A stretch of 64,000 bases of DNA from Ignavibacteriota bacterium (GTDB taxonomy: Bacteria; Bacteroidota; Ignavibacteria; UBA10030; UBA6906), in the NCBI GenBank assembly GCA_963801355.1, contig CAWDEM010000004.1, forward strand, positions 1,056,001 through 1,120,000, in the 5' to 3' direction. The position numbers and the translations under genes are program-made. The notes beneath the pieces were generated by a model. It worked only from the letters and a program-made list of their open reading frames with translations. It was not told the DNA's origin and did not search any database. Shown here one piece after another: positions 20,068 to 30,874 of the stretch (its first letter is position 1; every line of letters starts with the position of its first letter).

Positions 20068-20943
20068 GTGAGGCACACAGTGCACAGAGCCGGGCTGTTC
20101 ATCCTGTTGCTTGGCGTGCAGACCCATCTGTTCGCGCAACACCATGAGCCATACCCCGTCCACGGAACCGTTATCGATGTGGACGTCTCCGGTAACCTGT
20201 TTGTTCTTGACGGGCCGGCTGCCACACTCACGATGTACGATCGTTCTCTGCGTCGGGTAGCGACAAGCGGGGGACCGGGTTGGGAGAACGGATGCTTCGA
20301 CCAGCCGGCCGGCCTCTGGGCACGCAACGGCCTCGAAGTCCTGGTGGCCGACTACGGGAACCACCGGATCCAGCGGTTTGACAGGACCCTGAGCTTTGTG
20401 TCGTCATTCTCCACCAGGGAAGCAGAGGAGGCTTCGGAGAGATTCGGATATCCCACCGATGTCGCTCTTTCGCGGCTCGGAGACCTGTTCCTGTGCGACA
20501 CGGAGAACAGCCGGATTGTGAAGGTGAATGCGGCAAACCGGGTGGAAACGACATTCGGCGGCTTTGGAGGCGGCGCGGGAAGACTGCGGCACCCGCTGCA
20601 GATCGAGATCGGTGCCAATGACTGGGTGTATGTTCTGGATCCGCCACGCGTGCTGGTCTACGATGGATTTGGCAACTTCCTGGCGACGTTACCGGATGGC
20701 ATACTGCAGCACCCGACGGTGCTCTTCGCTGACGACCGGGGAGCATTGATCGTGGATGGGGATTCTCTTTTCTGCTTTGACACAGTGCATCGCCCCGCGT
20801 TCGCCGCCTCTCTCACGGAGATCCTCGCAGGTCGTCACGAACGTGTGCTGTCGCTTGTCGTCAGCGGGGGAAATCTGTATGCTCTCTGCGTGGACGGCTT
20901 GATCATCGCACCGGACCCGAGAGAGGGACGGGTTGACAAATGA
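20068..20943 (+). CDS. Exported NHL-repeat beta-propeller protein
   Basis: FDQPAGL, VADYGNHRIQRFD, YPTDVA..GDLFLCDTENSRIVK. Confidence 0.85.
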   Translation: MRHTVHRAGLFILLLGVQTHLFAQHHEPYPVHGTVIDVDVSGNLFVLDGPAATLTMYDRSLRRVATSGGPGWENGCFDQPAGLWARNGLEVLVADYGNHRIQRFDRTLSFVSSFSTREAEEASERFGYPTDVALSRLGDLFLCDTENSRIVKVNAANRVETTFGGFGGGAGRLRHPLQIEIGANDWVYVLDPPRVLVYDGFGNFLATLPDGILQHPTVLFADDRGALIVDGDSLFCFDTVHRPAFAASLTEILAGRHERVLSLVVSGGNLYALCVDGLIIAPDPREGRVDK

Positions 20944-20993
20944 CCGGGAAGTGTGTTCATTGACGCTACAATGACCGGATAGTGTATTCATTG
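20939..20993. repeat. 24-bp direct repeat upstream of ssb
   Basis: AATGACCGGGAAGTGTGTTCATTG (20939) and AATGACCGGATAGTGTATTCATTG (20970), 21/24 identical. Confidence 0.7.
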
Positions 20994-21057
20994 GACCTCA
21001 ACATATGCCGCAGGCGGAGTGTGAGGGCTTTCATGCATTTTACGAAAGGGTAGTCGC

Positions 21058-21492
21058 ATGGCAAAGAGCTTGAACAAGGTTATGCTCATTGGAAACCTCG
21101 GGCGCGATCCGGAAGTGCGCTATACTGCATCGAGTGTCGCCGTGGCAACATTCAGCATCGCCACGAACGAAAGCTGGCAGGACCAGGATGGCAATACCCA
21201 GGAGCGTACCGAGTGGCATAATATCGTAACCTGGCGGAAACTTGCCGAAATATGCCATCAATACCTCCGCAAAGGGTCCAAAGTGTACATCGAAGGCAGG
21301 ATCCAGACACGGAGCTACGATGACAAGAATACCGGCGTCAAGAAGTACATGACGGAGATCGTTGCGAACAACATGATCATGCTCGACAGCAAAGATGCCG
21401 GCTCGGGCACAGGCAATTCAGCCTATGTGCCTCCTGAGGCTTCTGCGGGGCCGATGGAGAGCGGGAAGCAAGAAAGCGATCTCCCATTTTAG
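21058..21492 (+). CDS. ssb: Single-stranded DNA-binding protein
   Basis: [30 protein letters not shown]; acidic tail ending DLPF. Confidence 0.98.
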   Translation: MAKSLNKVMLIGNLGRDPEVRYTASSVAVATFSIATNESWQDQDGNTQERTEWHNIVTWRKLAEICHQYLRKGSKVYIEGRIQTRSYDDKNTGVKKYMTEIVANNMIMLDSKDAGSGTGNSAYVPPEASAGPMESGKQESDLPF

Positions 21493-21557
21493 CTGTGCTC
21501 CCTTTGTTGTGCTCCGCCGTGCTCCCGTCTCCGTGGGAGATTTTCAGAGTTGACCGG

Positions 21558-21699
21558 TTATCCACAAACTTATACACAAGTTGTTTGCCCTGGAAGTTAC
21601 AGTTTAAGCGATAGCCCGTACTCTATTGTGGAATAATGATTTGCGTTTCTTTTTGAGCAGCTGTGTCAGAGACGGTCCAGCGGGGTTTGATGTGGAAAA
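21558..21699. promoter_or_regulatory. DnaA-box cluster
   Basis: TTATCCACA 21558, TTATACACA 21570, TGTGGAATA 21627 (degenerate) and TGTGGAAAA 21691. Confidence 0.6.
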
Positions 21700-21726
21700 C
21701 TGCCAGAGTCTCAACGGGGCGTGTGA

Positions 21727-22884
21727 ATGAAAGCAAAGCTGGCCCTTGAAAACGGGAGGGTGTTTGAAGGGGATTGCTTCGGCGCAGCAGGAGAAGTGAG
21801 CGGCGAGGTGGTCTTCAATACCAGCATGTCGGGGTATCAGGAAATCTATACGGATCCCTCGTACAGCGGGCAGATAGTTACGCTGACATACCCGCTCATC
21901 GGCAACTACGGCATCACGCAGGAAGACATGGAGTCGGCAGCGCCGCAGGTTTCTGGCGTGATTGTCAGAGAATACATGCCGCATCCGAGCAACTTCCGCG
22001 CCGTGATGGATCTGGGGGGATGGCTCGAAAAGCACGGGATCATTGCTCTCACCGGTATCGACACCCGGATGCTGACCCGCATGATCCGCACAGAAGGAGC
22101 CCTGCGTGGCGTCCTGTCAACGAACGACCTCGATGATGCCTCTCTTGTACGGAAGGCCGGACTCGTCCCTTCCATGGTCGGCATGGACCTGGCAACGAAA
22201 GTCACGTGCGCCAGGCCGTATGAATGGACCGGAAGAGACTCGACCGACTTTGCACTTGATGTCCCGGGTGACGGATCGGGACATCCCCGTTTCCGGGTTG
22301 TCGCGTACGATTTTGGCATCAAGCAAAACATACTGCGCCGCCTCGTCATGTACGGATGTGATGTCACCGTCGTTCCTGCTCAGTTCCCCGCTGCCGATGT
22401 GCTTGCACTTGCACCCGATGGAGTCTTCCTTTCCAACGGCCCGGGCGATCCTGCTCCCGTGCAAGTGGCGATCGAGAACATTAAGGTGCTTCTGGGACGA
22501 GTGCCGATCTTCGGCATCTGCCTGGGACACCAACTCTTGGCGCTTGCTCTCGGAGGCAAAACCTACAAACTCAAGTTCGGCCACAGGGGTGGCAACCACC
22601 CGGTAAAGAACCTCCTCACCGGCAAAATTGAAATCACCTCACAGAATCACGGATTTGCCGTCGATCCGGACTCTCTCGATCCGCTGCAGGCAGAAATTAC
22701 ACATGTCAACCTGTACGACGGCACAAACGAAGGCTTTCGTCACCGGCGTTTGCCGGCATTTTCCGTTCAGTACCACCCCGAAGCCTCTCCCGGTCCGCAC
22801 GACAGCGACTATCTTTTCCGGGATTTCATGGCAATGATGAACGACTCATCGGTATCCCGGCCGACCATTTCCGCTGCACGGTGA
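21727..22884 (+). CDS. carA: Carbamoyl-phosphate synthase small subunit
   Basis: [30 protein letters not shown] and [12 protein letters not shown]. Confidence 0.98.
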   Translation: MKAKLALENGRVFEGDCFGAAGEVSGEVVFNTSMSGYQEIYTDPSYSGQIVTLTYPLIGNYGITQEDMESAAPQVSGVIVREYMPHPSNFRAVMDLGGWLEKHGIIALTGIDTRMLTRMIRTEGALRGVLSTNDLDDASLVRKAGLVPSMVGMDLATKVTCARPYEWTGRDSTDFALDVPGDGSGHPRFRVVAYDFGIKQNILRRLVMYGCDVTVVPAQFPAADVLALAPDGVFLSNGPGDPAPVQVAIENIKVLLGRVPIFGICLGHQLLALALGGKTYKLKFGHRGGNHPVKNLLTGKIEITSQNHGFAVDPDSLDPLQAEITHVNLYDGTNEGFRHRRLPAFSVQYHPEASPGPHDSDYLFRDFMAMMNDSSVSRPTISAAR

Positions 22885-23640
22885 AGCCCGCAGGCTATAC
22901 AATCCTCCCGGCCTTGTACGACAGGTGGCAGGCGACGTACGGCAAGGACTACTCGGCCCTGATCTTCCCACGACTCCTCAGGACATTCCGCAGGTTCGGC
23001 ATTCCGGCCTCCCGGCTGCTGGATGTGGCGTGTGGAACCGGTTCACTTGCCCTTCTTCTTCGTCCGTACGGCTGGCGCATCCGGGGCGTGGATGGCTCTA
23101 GCCGGCATGGTGAAACAGGCACGGGAGAAATGCCGTCCCTTCCGCCCGGACATCAGCATCGGACATCAGGATATGAGAGACCTGCGGGTCAGATCACGCG
23201 TCAATGTATGCACGTGTCTGTTCGATTCGATCAATCACCTGACCACGCTGCGTGACCTGCATCTGACCTTCCGTGGTATGGCGCATTCGCTCAACCCCGG
23301 AGGATGGTTGATATTCGATGTGAACAATGAAACATGCTACCGGACACTCTGGAACGGAATACAAACCCTCGAACACCGGGATTTTGCACTGCGGCTGGAG
23401 AACCACTACAATCCACACCGCAGAATTGCCCGGTCACGCGTCACCGTGTGTTGGAAGATCAATTCGCGACGGAGAGAAGAGAAGGAAGTGGTGGTCGAAC
23501 GGTGCTTCACGCATCCGGAACTCTGCAAGGCGCTTGCCCTGAATGGATTTCAGGTGCTGGAATCGGACGATTTCAACTTCTCGGAAGTGCCAGCGATGGG
23601 TAAATTGAAGACATGGTGGGTCGCGCGAAAAGACCAATGA
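22881..23640 (+). pseudogene. Class I SAM-dependent methyltransferase split by a 1-nt insertion at about 23100
   Basis: LLDVACGTG...GVDGS in one frame continues as AGMVKQARE...QDMRDL...FDSINHL...LNPGGWLIFDVN in the next (TCT-A-GCC). Confidence 0.8.
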
Positions 23641-23649
23641 GGTGGTTCC

Positions 23650-26600
23650 CTACCGGTATCCTTCGTATCTGAGCGTCTGATTCGGTGCACGCACAAATCC
23701 TATCGTCTGCAGCAGTTCACCCAGGGGCTCGAGTGCCGCCCTTGACCCATTGATGTACTCCACGTCAATCTGCTTCACAGGTCTCAGCGCACCGGGAATC
23801 CTGGTGAGGCCTATCAGTTCCCACATTGCGGCCAGAATCAGCTCATGGGAAGTTCCCTCCTTCGTCCAGAGTCTTCCGCCGTACTGTTGTATCAACACAA
23901 CCGGCGATCCGTTGTGGAATGCGATATACGTCCCCGGAGTCCGTTGCACCGCTGTTTCGCCGAACGGAAATGGGATGCCGGGACCATACGGGTTCCCCGG
24001 GTCCATCCCGTTGACGAGGTATGCCGTGCCTGATGCGCCGCCGCTTCGGCGAATTTCACGGAGCAGATCCACCGCATCGGGGATGGCATACTGCATCCCG
24101 GAGAGGCCCTGCACGAAGTACCCCCGGCGGATCTGCCCCCGCATCTCCCGGCGCTGCAGTTCTGCAGCAATGATCTGCCAGGAGAGCAGGTCTTCACGCT
24201 GGTGAAATTCACGCGCGAGTATTCCATAGCGACGCAGCAGCACATCCGCCTGCCGTGCTGCGACCTCCTCCAGGGAAAGAGAAGGTCCCATCACTCCCGG
24301 ATGTTGAAGCAGCGACCATCTGCCCGACCATCCCGGAGCCTCCCGCACTGCCCTGCGGGCCCGCTGAACCAGCGGTGAGCTCTGAGAGAAACGGCGCGGA
24401 CCCAACAAGCGCACCGGCTCCAGCGGGAGATCCGTCTCCTCCGAGCGGGACCTTCTGAGCTTGAAGATCTCCGCTGCCGTGTCGTTCGTGACGGCACCGC
24501 TCCAGAACAGCTCTGCAAGTCCGTTGTTCACCGCTGCAAGTGAAAGATGTGTCTCCGCCCGGATATCAGAGAGAAACGAAGCACCGTACGCCGAAAGGAA
24601 ATCGTGAATCCGCCGTGCCGCTTCACCGGACTCTTCACTGGTTCCAGCCCCGGGTGCAATAAACACGGCGCCATTGCCGCGGCGGAACGGACGAATTCTT
24701 CCCTGGGCAACCCCCGCCCAGACCCACTCTGACGGTGACGTCCCATGCGACAACAGGTCAGGGGTGTATTCTGAAAGACGACGATACAGCACGTCCCTTT
24801 CCCATGTGTCAGCGGGCAAGGAGAGTCCCTCGAATTGACCGAGGAGAACGTCGACGCCATCGTCACGCTGCAACCGGCTCTTTCCATCAAGATGTTGCCA
24901 GCGGTGCAGGAAGGGAATGAATTCTTCGAGCGTGCAGGGTTGTATCTCTTTGCGAAGGAGCGAGAGCGTCTGCCGGTGAATCCGTTCGATGTTGGGGCGG
25001 TACACCCATTGGGGTTCATCGGCACCGGGCATTGACGGCGGGCGAAATCTTCCGCGAACCATGTTCCGGTCGTCCGCCCAACCGGCGGTGACCTGTTGGA
25101 CCCGGTCCGCGGTGATCTGATACCTGCGGGAAAGTTCGGAGACCGGAACAGGCCCGTGATGTTCAACATAGCGACGCAAGATCTTCCCGAGGGCGGGATC
25201 GGCATTCATCTGCGCGTACAGTTCATGTTCTTCGAGCGCAACCCATCGGGGCGCGCTGCCGACGGTGAGACGTGAAGCCCGGTGCGTCTCCTCCAGAGTC
25301 CTGAGCATTGCCTGAGAGTCCCCCGCACATCGCGCGGCAATTTCCTCTTCCGTCAGGTCACCGAGACGGAGAAGCACTTCCATCAGCTCTTCCGGCGTGC
25401 GGGCTCTGGTCCCCTCCCCGGCATGCTGGAGCTGTTGTTCTACATGGTCCACGGCTTCCGGCCGTATCAGCGAAGTGAGCGTTTCGAGATCCACGACCCC
25501 GGAGAGCAATTCGCGATTGACAGAGACATACTGGCTCAGGCGATCGGGACGCGATTGGTCGTACTCGTACATATACACTGCCATGAAGTCGAACAGCATG
25601 CTGCCCGCAAACGGAGACGGGACTTCGTTCTCCACCGTATGTATCTGGATGTCACCGGAGACAAGCCGGCGCAGGAGTTGACGGAAGCGGGGGAAATCCA
25701 GCACGTCATTCAATACTTCGCGCACTGTTTCGATCACCACCGGGAAATCATCGAACTTCCTTGCCACCTGGAGAAGATCCGCTGCGCGCAGACGCTGGAG
25801 CCAGAGCGGAGTCCGTTTTCCCGGCGCCACCCTCGGCATGAGGAGGGACCGCCCGGCATTCTGGCGGAATTGACCGGCAAACACCGGAGAGTCCAGCAAA
25901 TCCTGCAGAACAAAATTTTCCGCCTCTTCAATCGCGATCCCGTCAAAAAGGTCAAGGGGAATATGCCGCGTCTCCGGACAACGGAGCAGGACACCATCGT
26001 CATTGTACAGCATCTGGGGAGAGGCGTGGAGTTTTTGTTCCGCCTGGCGCGCAAGCAGGAGACCGAGCAGTCCGTTGACACGGCGGCCGAAGCAGGAGTG
26101 GATCACGATCCTCGGATCACCGATTTCATCGCGGAATCCCTCCACAACAATGGACCGGTCTCCCGGAATCACTCCCGTTGCGTCGCGCTGGCGCCTGAGG
26201 TATTCTACCAGGTTCCATGCGGACCGGCTGTCGACCGGGTACGTGGCGCTGATCCAGGGAAGAAGGCCGGGATCGTCCAGTCGCCCGCCCACCGTCCGCC
26301 GGAACTCCCCCACGATCGTACCGAGTTCAAAGCTTCTGCCGATCCCTTCTCCCCGCCAGAAGGGCATGCGTGCCGGGGCCCCGGGCGCAGCGGCGACGGT
26401 GATCCGGTCCGGGGAGATGTCGATCATCCGCCAGACGCTTGTGCCGAGTATGAATGTGTCCCCGGGGCGACTTTCAAAAATGAACTCTTCGTCGACTTCT
26501 CCGACCTTGGTTTTGCCATCTTCGAGGTAGACCCCGTACAATCCGCGGTCAGCAATCGTGCCGCCCCCGGTAATGGCGATGTGTGAAGTGCCGGGAAGCG

Positions 26601-28167
26601 CGCGCACGATGCCATTCACTTTGTCCCACGAAATGCGCGGGCGCATTTCCCGCAACGCCTCGTGCGCGTACCGGCCGGCAAGCATTGCAAGGACCCCGGC
26701 GAAGAGTTCACGGCTCAAGGATCGATAGCAATAGGACCGCCGGACGACTTCGAAAAGGTGGTCCACATCCCATTCCTCGACGCTCACCATGGCGGCAATC
26801 TGCTGGGCGAGCACATCCAGACAGTTCTCGGGAATGTGGGTTTCTTCCACCTCGTGGTCATGCATTGCCCGCGCGACAACCGCGGATTCCACCAGGTCCT
26901 CACGATGCGTAGCGTAGATTCTCCCCTTGCTCGTGCCGCTGATCAGGTGGCCTGACCGCCCCACACGCTGGAGCCCCCGGGCGATGCCCTTGGGCGATTG
27001 AAGCTGAATGACAAGGTCGATGCTCCCGATGTCGATGCCGAGTTCAAGAGAAGATGTGGCAACGAGCGCCCGGATACGCCCGGCCTTCAAATCGTTTTCC
27101 ATTGTTTCGCGGGCCTCGCGCGACATGCTCCCGTGGTATGCAAGGACAAGAGGTTCATCGGATGAAGCCGCTTCGACAGACTCTTGAGCGCCCAGGGTCC
27201 AGGCTGTCACGACCGGCACGGCGGAAAGATTGATCGTTGACACAGGAGCATTGGTGATGCGCTCGTTCAACTTTGCCGCCACGCGCTCGGCCAGACGGCG
27301 GTTATTGACAAACACGAGTGTGGAGCGATGCGCCCGGATCAGCGCAAGAACCTCGTCCAGTATCAACGGCCAGACGCCATCGGATGGAAGCAGTGAAAAA
27401 TCCTCCGCAGCGCAGATCACGCGCAAATCCATCACCTTCTTGTGCCCGGCATTGATGATGTTGACCGGGCGGGGGAGGGCTTCGGATGTCCCGTCGGATA
27501 TTGAGCCGCCGAGGTACGCTGCAATCTTCTCGAGAGGTCGCTGCGTCGCCGAGAGACCGATCCGCACAAATTCCTGTGCCGCGGCTTCCTGAAGCCGTTC
27601 CATGCTCAGAGACAGATGCACCCCCCGCTTGTTGTTGCACAGCGCGTGGATCTCGTCCACGATGACGTACTGGACAGTGGTAAAGAGCTTGCGTGCCTGT
27701 GGGGACGTCAGCATCAGATACAGCGACTCGGGTGTCGTGATGAGGATATCGGGAGGATGCCGGAGCATTGCCGCGCGCGCCGAAGCGGGGGTGTCGCCGG
27801 TGCGTACCGCGGTGCGAATAGCAGGCAGATCCAGCCCCGACTTCTCCGCTCTTGCCTGTATCCCTGAAAGCGGGGTCTCCAGATTCCTGTAGATGTCGTT
27901 GTTCAGCGCCTTCAACGGAGAAATGTACAGGATGCGGACCCCGGGAGGGAGGGGCTCGCGCAGGCGCTGTTCAACCAGATGGTTGATGGCCCAGAGGAAG
28001 GCGGTCAGGGTTTTGCCGGAACCTGTCGGCGCAAGTATGAGTGTGTGTTTGCCGGACGCGATACTGGGCCAGCCGAGCTCCTGCGGGGGGCTCGGCCGGC
28101 CGTAGGTTTCAAGAAACCAGTCCCGAACGATCGGGTGAAAATCGTCGAGGACGCTATCAGTAGACAT
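23650..28167 (-). CDS. lhr: Lhr-family SF2 ATP-dependent helicase (long form)
   Basis: APTGSGKT, SPLKALNND, DEIH, GLSAT, ATSSLELGIDIG and QRVGRSGH; C-terminal LLRRYG..RRGYFV. Confidence 0.95.
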   Translation of the reverse strand: MSTDSVLDDFHPIVRDWFLETYGRPSPPQELGWPSIASGKHTLILAPTGSGKTLTAFLWAINHLVEQRLREPLPPGVRILYISPLKALNNDIYRNLETPLSGIQARAEKSGLDLPAIRTAVRTGDTPASARAAMLRHPPDILITTPESLYLMLTSPQARKLFTTVQYVIVDEIHALCNNKRGVHLSLSMERLQEAAAQEFVRIGLSATQRPLEKIAAYLGGSISDGTSEALPRPVNIINAGHKKVMDLRVICAAEDFSLLPSDGVWPLILDEVLALIRAHRSTLVFVNNRRLAERVAAKLNERITNAPVSTINLSAVPVVTAWTLGAQESVEAASSDEPLVLAYHGSMSREARETMENDLKAGRIRALVATSSLELGIDIGSIDLVIQLQSPKGIARGLQRVGRSGHLISGTSKGRIYATHREDLVESAVVARAMHDHEVEETHIPENCLDVLAQQIAAMVSVEEWDVDHLFEVVRRSYCYRSLSRELFAGVLAMLAGRYAHEALREMRPRISWDKVNGIVRALPGTSHIAITGGGTIADRGLYGVYLEDGKTKVGEVDEEFIFESRPGDTFILGTSVWRMIDISPDRITVAAAPGAPARMPFWRGEGIGRSFELGTIVGEFRRTVGGRLDDPGLLPWISATYPVDSRSAWNLVEYLRRQRDATGVIPGDRSIVVEGFRDEIGDPRIVIHSCFGRRVNGLLGLLLARQAEQKLHASPQMLYNDDGVLLRCPETRHIPLDLFDGIAIEEAENFVLQDLLDSPVFAGQFRQNAGRSLLMPRVAPGKRTPLWLQRLRAADLLQVARKFDDFPVVIETVREVLNDVLDFPRFRQLLRRLVSGDIQIHTVENEVPSPFAGSMLFDFMAVYMYEYDQSRPDRLSQYVSVNRELLSGVVDLETLTSLIRPEAVDHVEQQLQHAGEGTRARTPEELMEVLLRLGDLTEEEIAARCAGDSQAMLRTLEETHRASRLTVGSAPRWVALEEHELYAQMNADPALGKILRRYVEHHGPVPVSELSRRYQITADRVQQVTAGWADDRNMVRGRFRPPSMPGADEPQWVYRPNIERIHRQTLSLLRKEIQPCTLEEFIPFLHRWQHLDGKSRLQRDDGVDVLLGQFEGLSLPADTWERDVLYRRLSEYTPDLLSHGTSPSEWVWAGVAQGRIRPFRRGNGAVFIAPGAGTSEESGEAARRIHDFLSAYGASFLSDIRAETHLSLAAVNNGLAELFWSGAVTNDTAAEIFKLRRSRSEETDLPLEPVRLLGPRRFSQSSPLVQRARRAVREAPGWSGRWSLLQHPGVMGPSLSLEEVAARQADVLLRRYGILAREFHQREDLLSWQIIAAELQRREMRGQIRRGYFVQGLSGMQYAIPDAVDLLREIRRSGGASGTAYLVNGMDPGNPYGPGIPFPFGETAVQRTPGTYIAFHNGSPVVLIQQYGGRLWTKEGTSHELILAAMWELIGLTRIPGALRPVKQIDVEYINGSRAALEPLGELLQTIGFVRAPNQTLRYEGYR

Positions 28168-28350
28168 AGTGTGCTTGTGGCAATGTCAATGCGGCTGATG
28201 CGCTTCTCTGCTATGAGGGGTCTGCACTCTCAGACCTTGAGGCGGGCATGACGGTCACGCATGCATCCCGACACAGGTGGAAAGAAGATACAGAGAACGG
28301 CTGCCCCGCGCAAGGTTGCCGTTCGATTTGTGCGATTTGGTTTGCAGTGC

Positions 28351-28376
28351 GCAACATGCTCAGTGCAATCCGCGTA
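28351..28376 (+). promoter_or_regulatory. Possible ECF-sigma promoter of the exporter operon
   Basis: GCAAC-17 bp-CGTA, about 70 bp upstream of the ATG. Confidence 0.35.
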
Positions 28377-28445
28377 TCAGGATAAGGGCATGCAGGATTC
28401 CTGGAGCGGAGTTCTGACCCCTTGTACCCCACCCGGAGAGCGTTC

Positions 28446-29537
28446 ATGAAAACCCGAATCATCCTGATTACCGCTGGCACTGTCGCCATTGTGGCGGCTG
28501 CATTCTTCACGTTCGGGGGCTCCGGCGGCGATGCTCCCACGGATCTTCCGCGGGTGAAGGTGACGCGTGACAATATCGTCGAGAAGGCCCTCGCTGTGGG
28601 GACCATCGAGCCAAAGAACGAAATCTCTGTCAAGTCAAAAGTCTCCGGTGTTGTGCGCCGGATCTTTGCCGACGCCGGGGCATACGTCAAGGCGGGTGAC
28701 CCGCTGCTCGAGGTGAAACCCGATCCGACTCCCCTCGAACTGGCCGAGGCCAAGCGTCAGGTGCAGATGCGTGAAGTGGAGACGACCAACCTCGAAAAGC
28801 AGCGCGTCCGGCAAGAATCCATGGTCGGGAAGCAACTCATCTCCCGGAAGGAGTATGAGGACTTCGAACGCCAGTATGATGAAGGTCAGTTGCAGCTCAA
28901 ACTTTCAAAAGAACGGCTTGCCTTGCTGGAGAGCGGCAGAATACGGATTGAAAATACCGAAATCGAGTCGATCGTCAAGGCGCCCATCGATGGATTTGTG
29001 CTCAGCAAAACCGTGGAAGTGGGAGATCCGGTCACCCCGTTGACGTCCTATCAGGAGGGCACCGTGCTGATGAAAATCGCCAACATGGAACGATTGATAT
29101 TCAAAGGGACGGTGGATGAAATCGATGTCGGGAAGCTGCGGGAGGGAATGGTTGCGGAACTGAAGGTCGGCGCCTTGCCGACCGACAAGATCACCGGCAC
29201 ACTGTACAAGATTTCGCTCAAAGCAGAGAAGAAAGAAAATGCCACGGTCTTCCCCATTGAGATCTCCGTCCCCGGAGGAACGAAAACGACTCTCCGTGCG
29301 GGCTATTCCGCGAATGCCAGCATCATCATCCAGAAGAAAGACAGCGTGCTGACCATCCCCGAGCGGGTGGTGACCTTCCGCAACGACTCGGCATTCGTCA
29401 AGGTTCCCCTCGGCTCAGGGAAGGAGGAAGAGAGGGTCATCAAGACGGGATTGAGTGACGCCATCAAGGTCGAAGTGACAAGCGGTCTGCGGGAGGGTGA
29501 TGAGGTGTTCGAAAAGCCGGTGAAGAAAATCGAATGA
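28446..29537 (+). CDS. Efflux periplasmic adaptor (MacA/YknX-like)
   Basis: N-terminal TM; VKSKVSGVV, VKAGDPL, IVKAPIDG and VDEIDVGKL; GLREGD. Confidence 0.92.
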   Translation: MKTRIILITAGTVAIVAAAFFTFGGSGGDAPTDLPRVKVTRDNIVEKALAVGTIEPKNEISVKSKVSGVVRRIFADAGAYVKAGDPLLEVKPDPTPLELAEAKRQVQMREVETTNLEKQRVRQESMVGKQLISRKEYEDFERQYDEGQLQLKLSKERLALLESGRIRIENTEIESIVKAPIDGFVLSKTVEVGDPVTPLTSYQEGTVLMKIANMERLIFKGTVDEIDVGKLREGMVAELKVGALPTDKITGTLYKISLKAEKKENATVFPIEISVPGGTKTTLRAGYSANASIIIQKKDSVLTIPERVVTFRNDSAFVKVPLGSGKEEERVIKTGLSDAIKVEVTSGLREGDEVFEKPVKKIE

Positions 29538-30769
29538 GCGGTCTGATCACCACACTGCGCGAATTCGTGCGGGACCTCACCGCGCAAAAACTGCGCACCA
29601 CACTCACGGTCTTCGGCATCGTCTGGGGAACGGTGGCGATCGTCGTGCTTCTCGCGTTTGGTATGGGGTTCAAGCGCCAGCTCTCCGTCAACATGCACGG
29701 GATCGGCGAGAGCGTGGCCATCATGTTTCCCGGGCGGACAACAAAAGCGTTTGAGGGGTTCGGCATCGGCCGGCCCATGAGCCTCCTCGAGGAAGATGTT
29801 CACCTGCTCGCATCACAGGTGTCGGGGATAGACCGCATCAGCCCCGAGTACAGTCAGTACGAGACTCCCGTCCGGGTCGGCGAGAATATCACGACACCTC
29901 TCATCTCCGGTATTGTGCCGGTCTACGGCGACATCCGCAACATCATTCCCGAACAGGGGGGAAGGTTCATCAACGATCCGGACGTGCGGGAGAGGAAGCG
30001 CGTGGCGGTGCTGGGCGATGAGATCAAGAGACTGCTGTTCGGTGAGACGCACGCCATCGGTCGCCTGATCTACGTCGGAACCGTTCCGTTCACGGTGATC
30101 GGTGTGATGCAAAAGAAGACGCAGAATTCGTCGTACAACCGCAGGGACCAGGACAGGATCTTCATTCCATCGTCGACCTTTGCCTCCGTGTTCGGCGCGA
30201 ACCGGCTCAACAATATTATCTTCACGTCGAAGGACCCGCGGCACTCGTCGGAAACTGTCAGCAGCGTGCGGACCGTCCTCGGCCGCAAGTACAGGTTCGA
30301 CCCGACGGACAAGGATGCCGTATGGATATGGGACACGGCGGAATTCGACAAATTCATCTTTGTCTTCTTCCTCGCCTTCAACATCTTCATGGGATTGATC
30401 GGCAGCTTCACTCTGGCGGTCGGTGGGCTGGGGGTCGCGAACATTATGTATATCGTTGTTCAGGAGCGGACACGGGAGATCGGCGTCAAACGGGCCGTCG
30501 GAGCCCGCAAACGCGATATCCTGCTCCAATTCTTTGCCGAAACGCTCCTGATTGTCGCATTCGGCTCGGTCATAGGTTTCGGCATTGCCGCACTTATCGT
30601 GAAAGCGATGCAGTATGTTCCCATCAAGGAATTTGTCGGGACACCTGAAGTCTCTTTTGAAGTTGCCCTCGCCACCGTCGCCGTGCTTGCCGTCGTGAGC
30701 TTAAGCGCGGGTCTTCTGCCGGCGCGCCGGGCGGCAAACCTGAATGTGGTCGACTGTCTCCGCACCTGA
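29534..30769 (+). CDS. ABC transporter permease, MacB/FtsX family (1)
   Basis: [43 protein letters not shown] and PARRAA. Confidence 0.93.
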   Translation: MSGLITTLREFVRDLTAQKLRTTLTVFGIVWGTVAIVVLLAFGMGFKRQLSVNMHGIGESVAIMFPGRTTKAFEGFGIGRPMSLLEEDVHLLASQVSGIDRISPEYSQYETPVRVGENITTPLISGIVPVYGDIRNIIPEQGGRFINDPDVRERKRVAVLGDEIKRLLFGETHAIGRLIYVGTVPFTVIGVMQKKTQNSSYNRRDQDRIFIPSSTFASVFGANRLNNIIFTSKDPRHSSETVSSVRTVLGRKYRFDPTDKDAVWIWDTAEFDKFIFVFFLAFNIFMGLIGSFTLAVGGLGVANIMYIVVQERTREIGVKRAVGARKRDILLQFFAETLLIVAFGSVIGFGIAALIVKAMQYVPIKEFVGTPEVSFEVALATVAVLAVVSLSAGLLPARRAANLNVVDCLRT

Positions 30770-30779
30770 GTATGTCCCT

Positions 30780-30871
30780 AATGCCTATTGCCCATTGCCA
30801 AATGCCTATTGCCCATTGCCAAATGCCTATTGCCCAATGCCCAATGCCTATTGCCCATTGCCTAATTGCCT
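30780..30871 (+). repeat. Heptamer tandem repeat A(A/T)TGCC(C/T/A), about 13 copies
   Basis: AATGCCT-ATTGCCC-ATTGCCA forms a 21-bp higher-order unit. Confidence 0.92.
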
Positions 30872-30874
30872 GAT

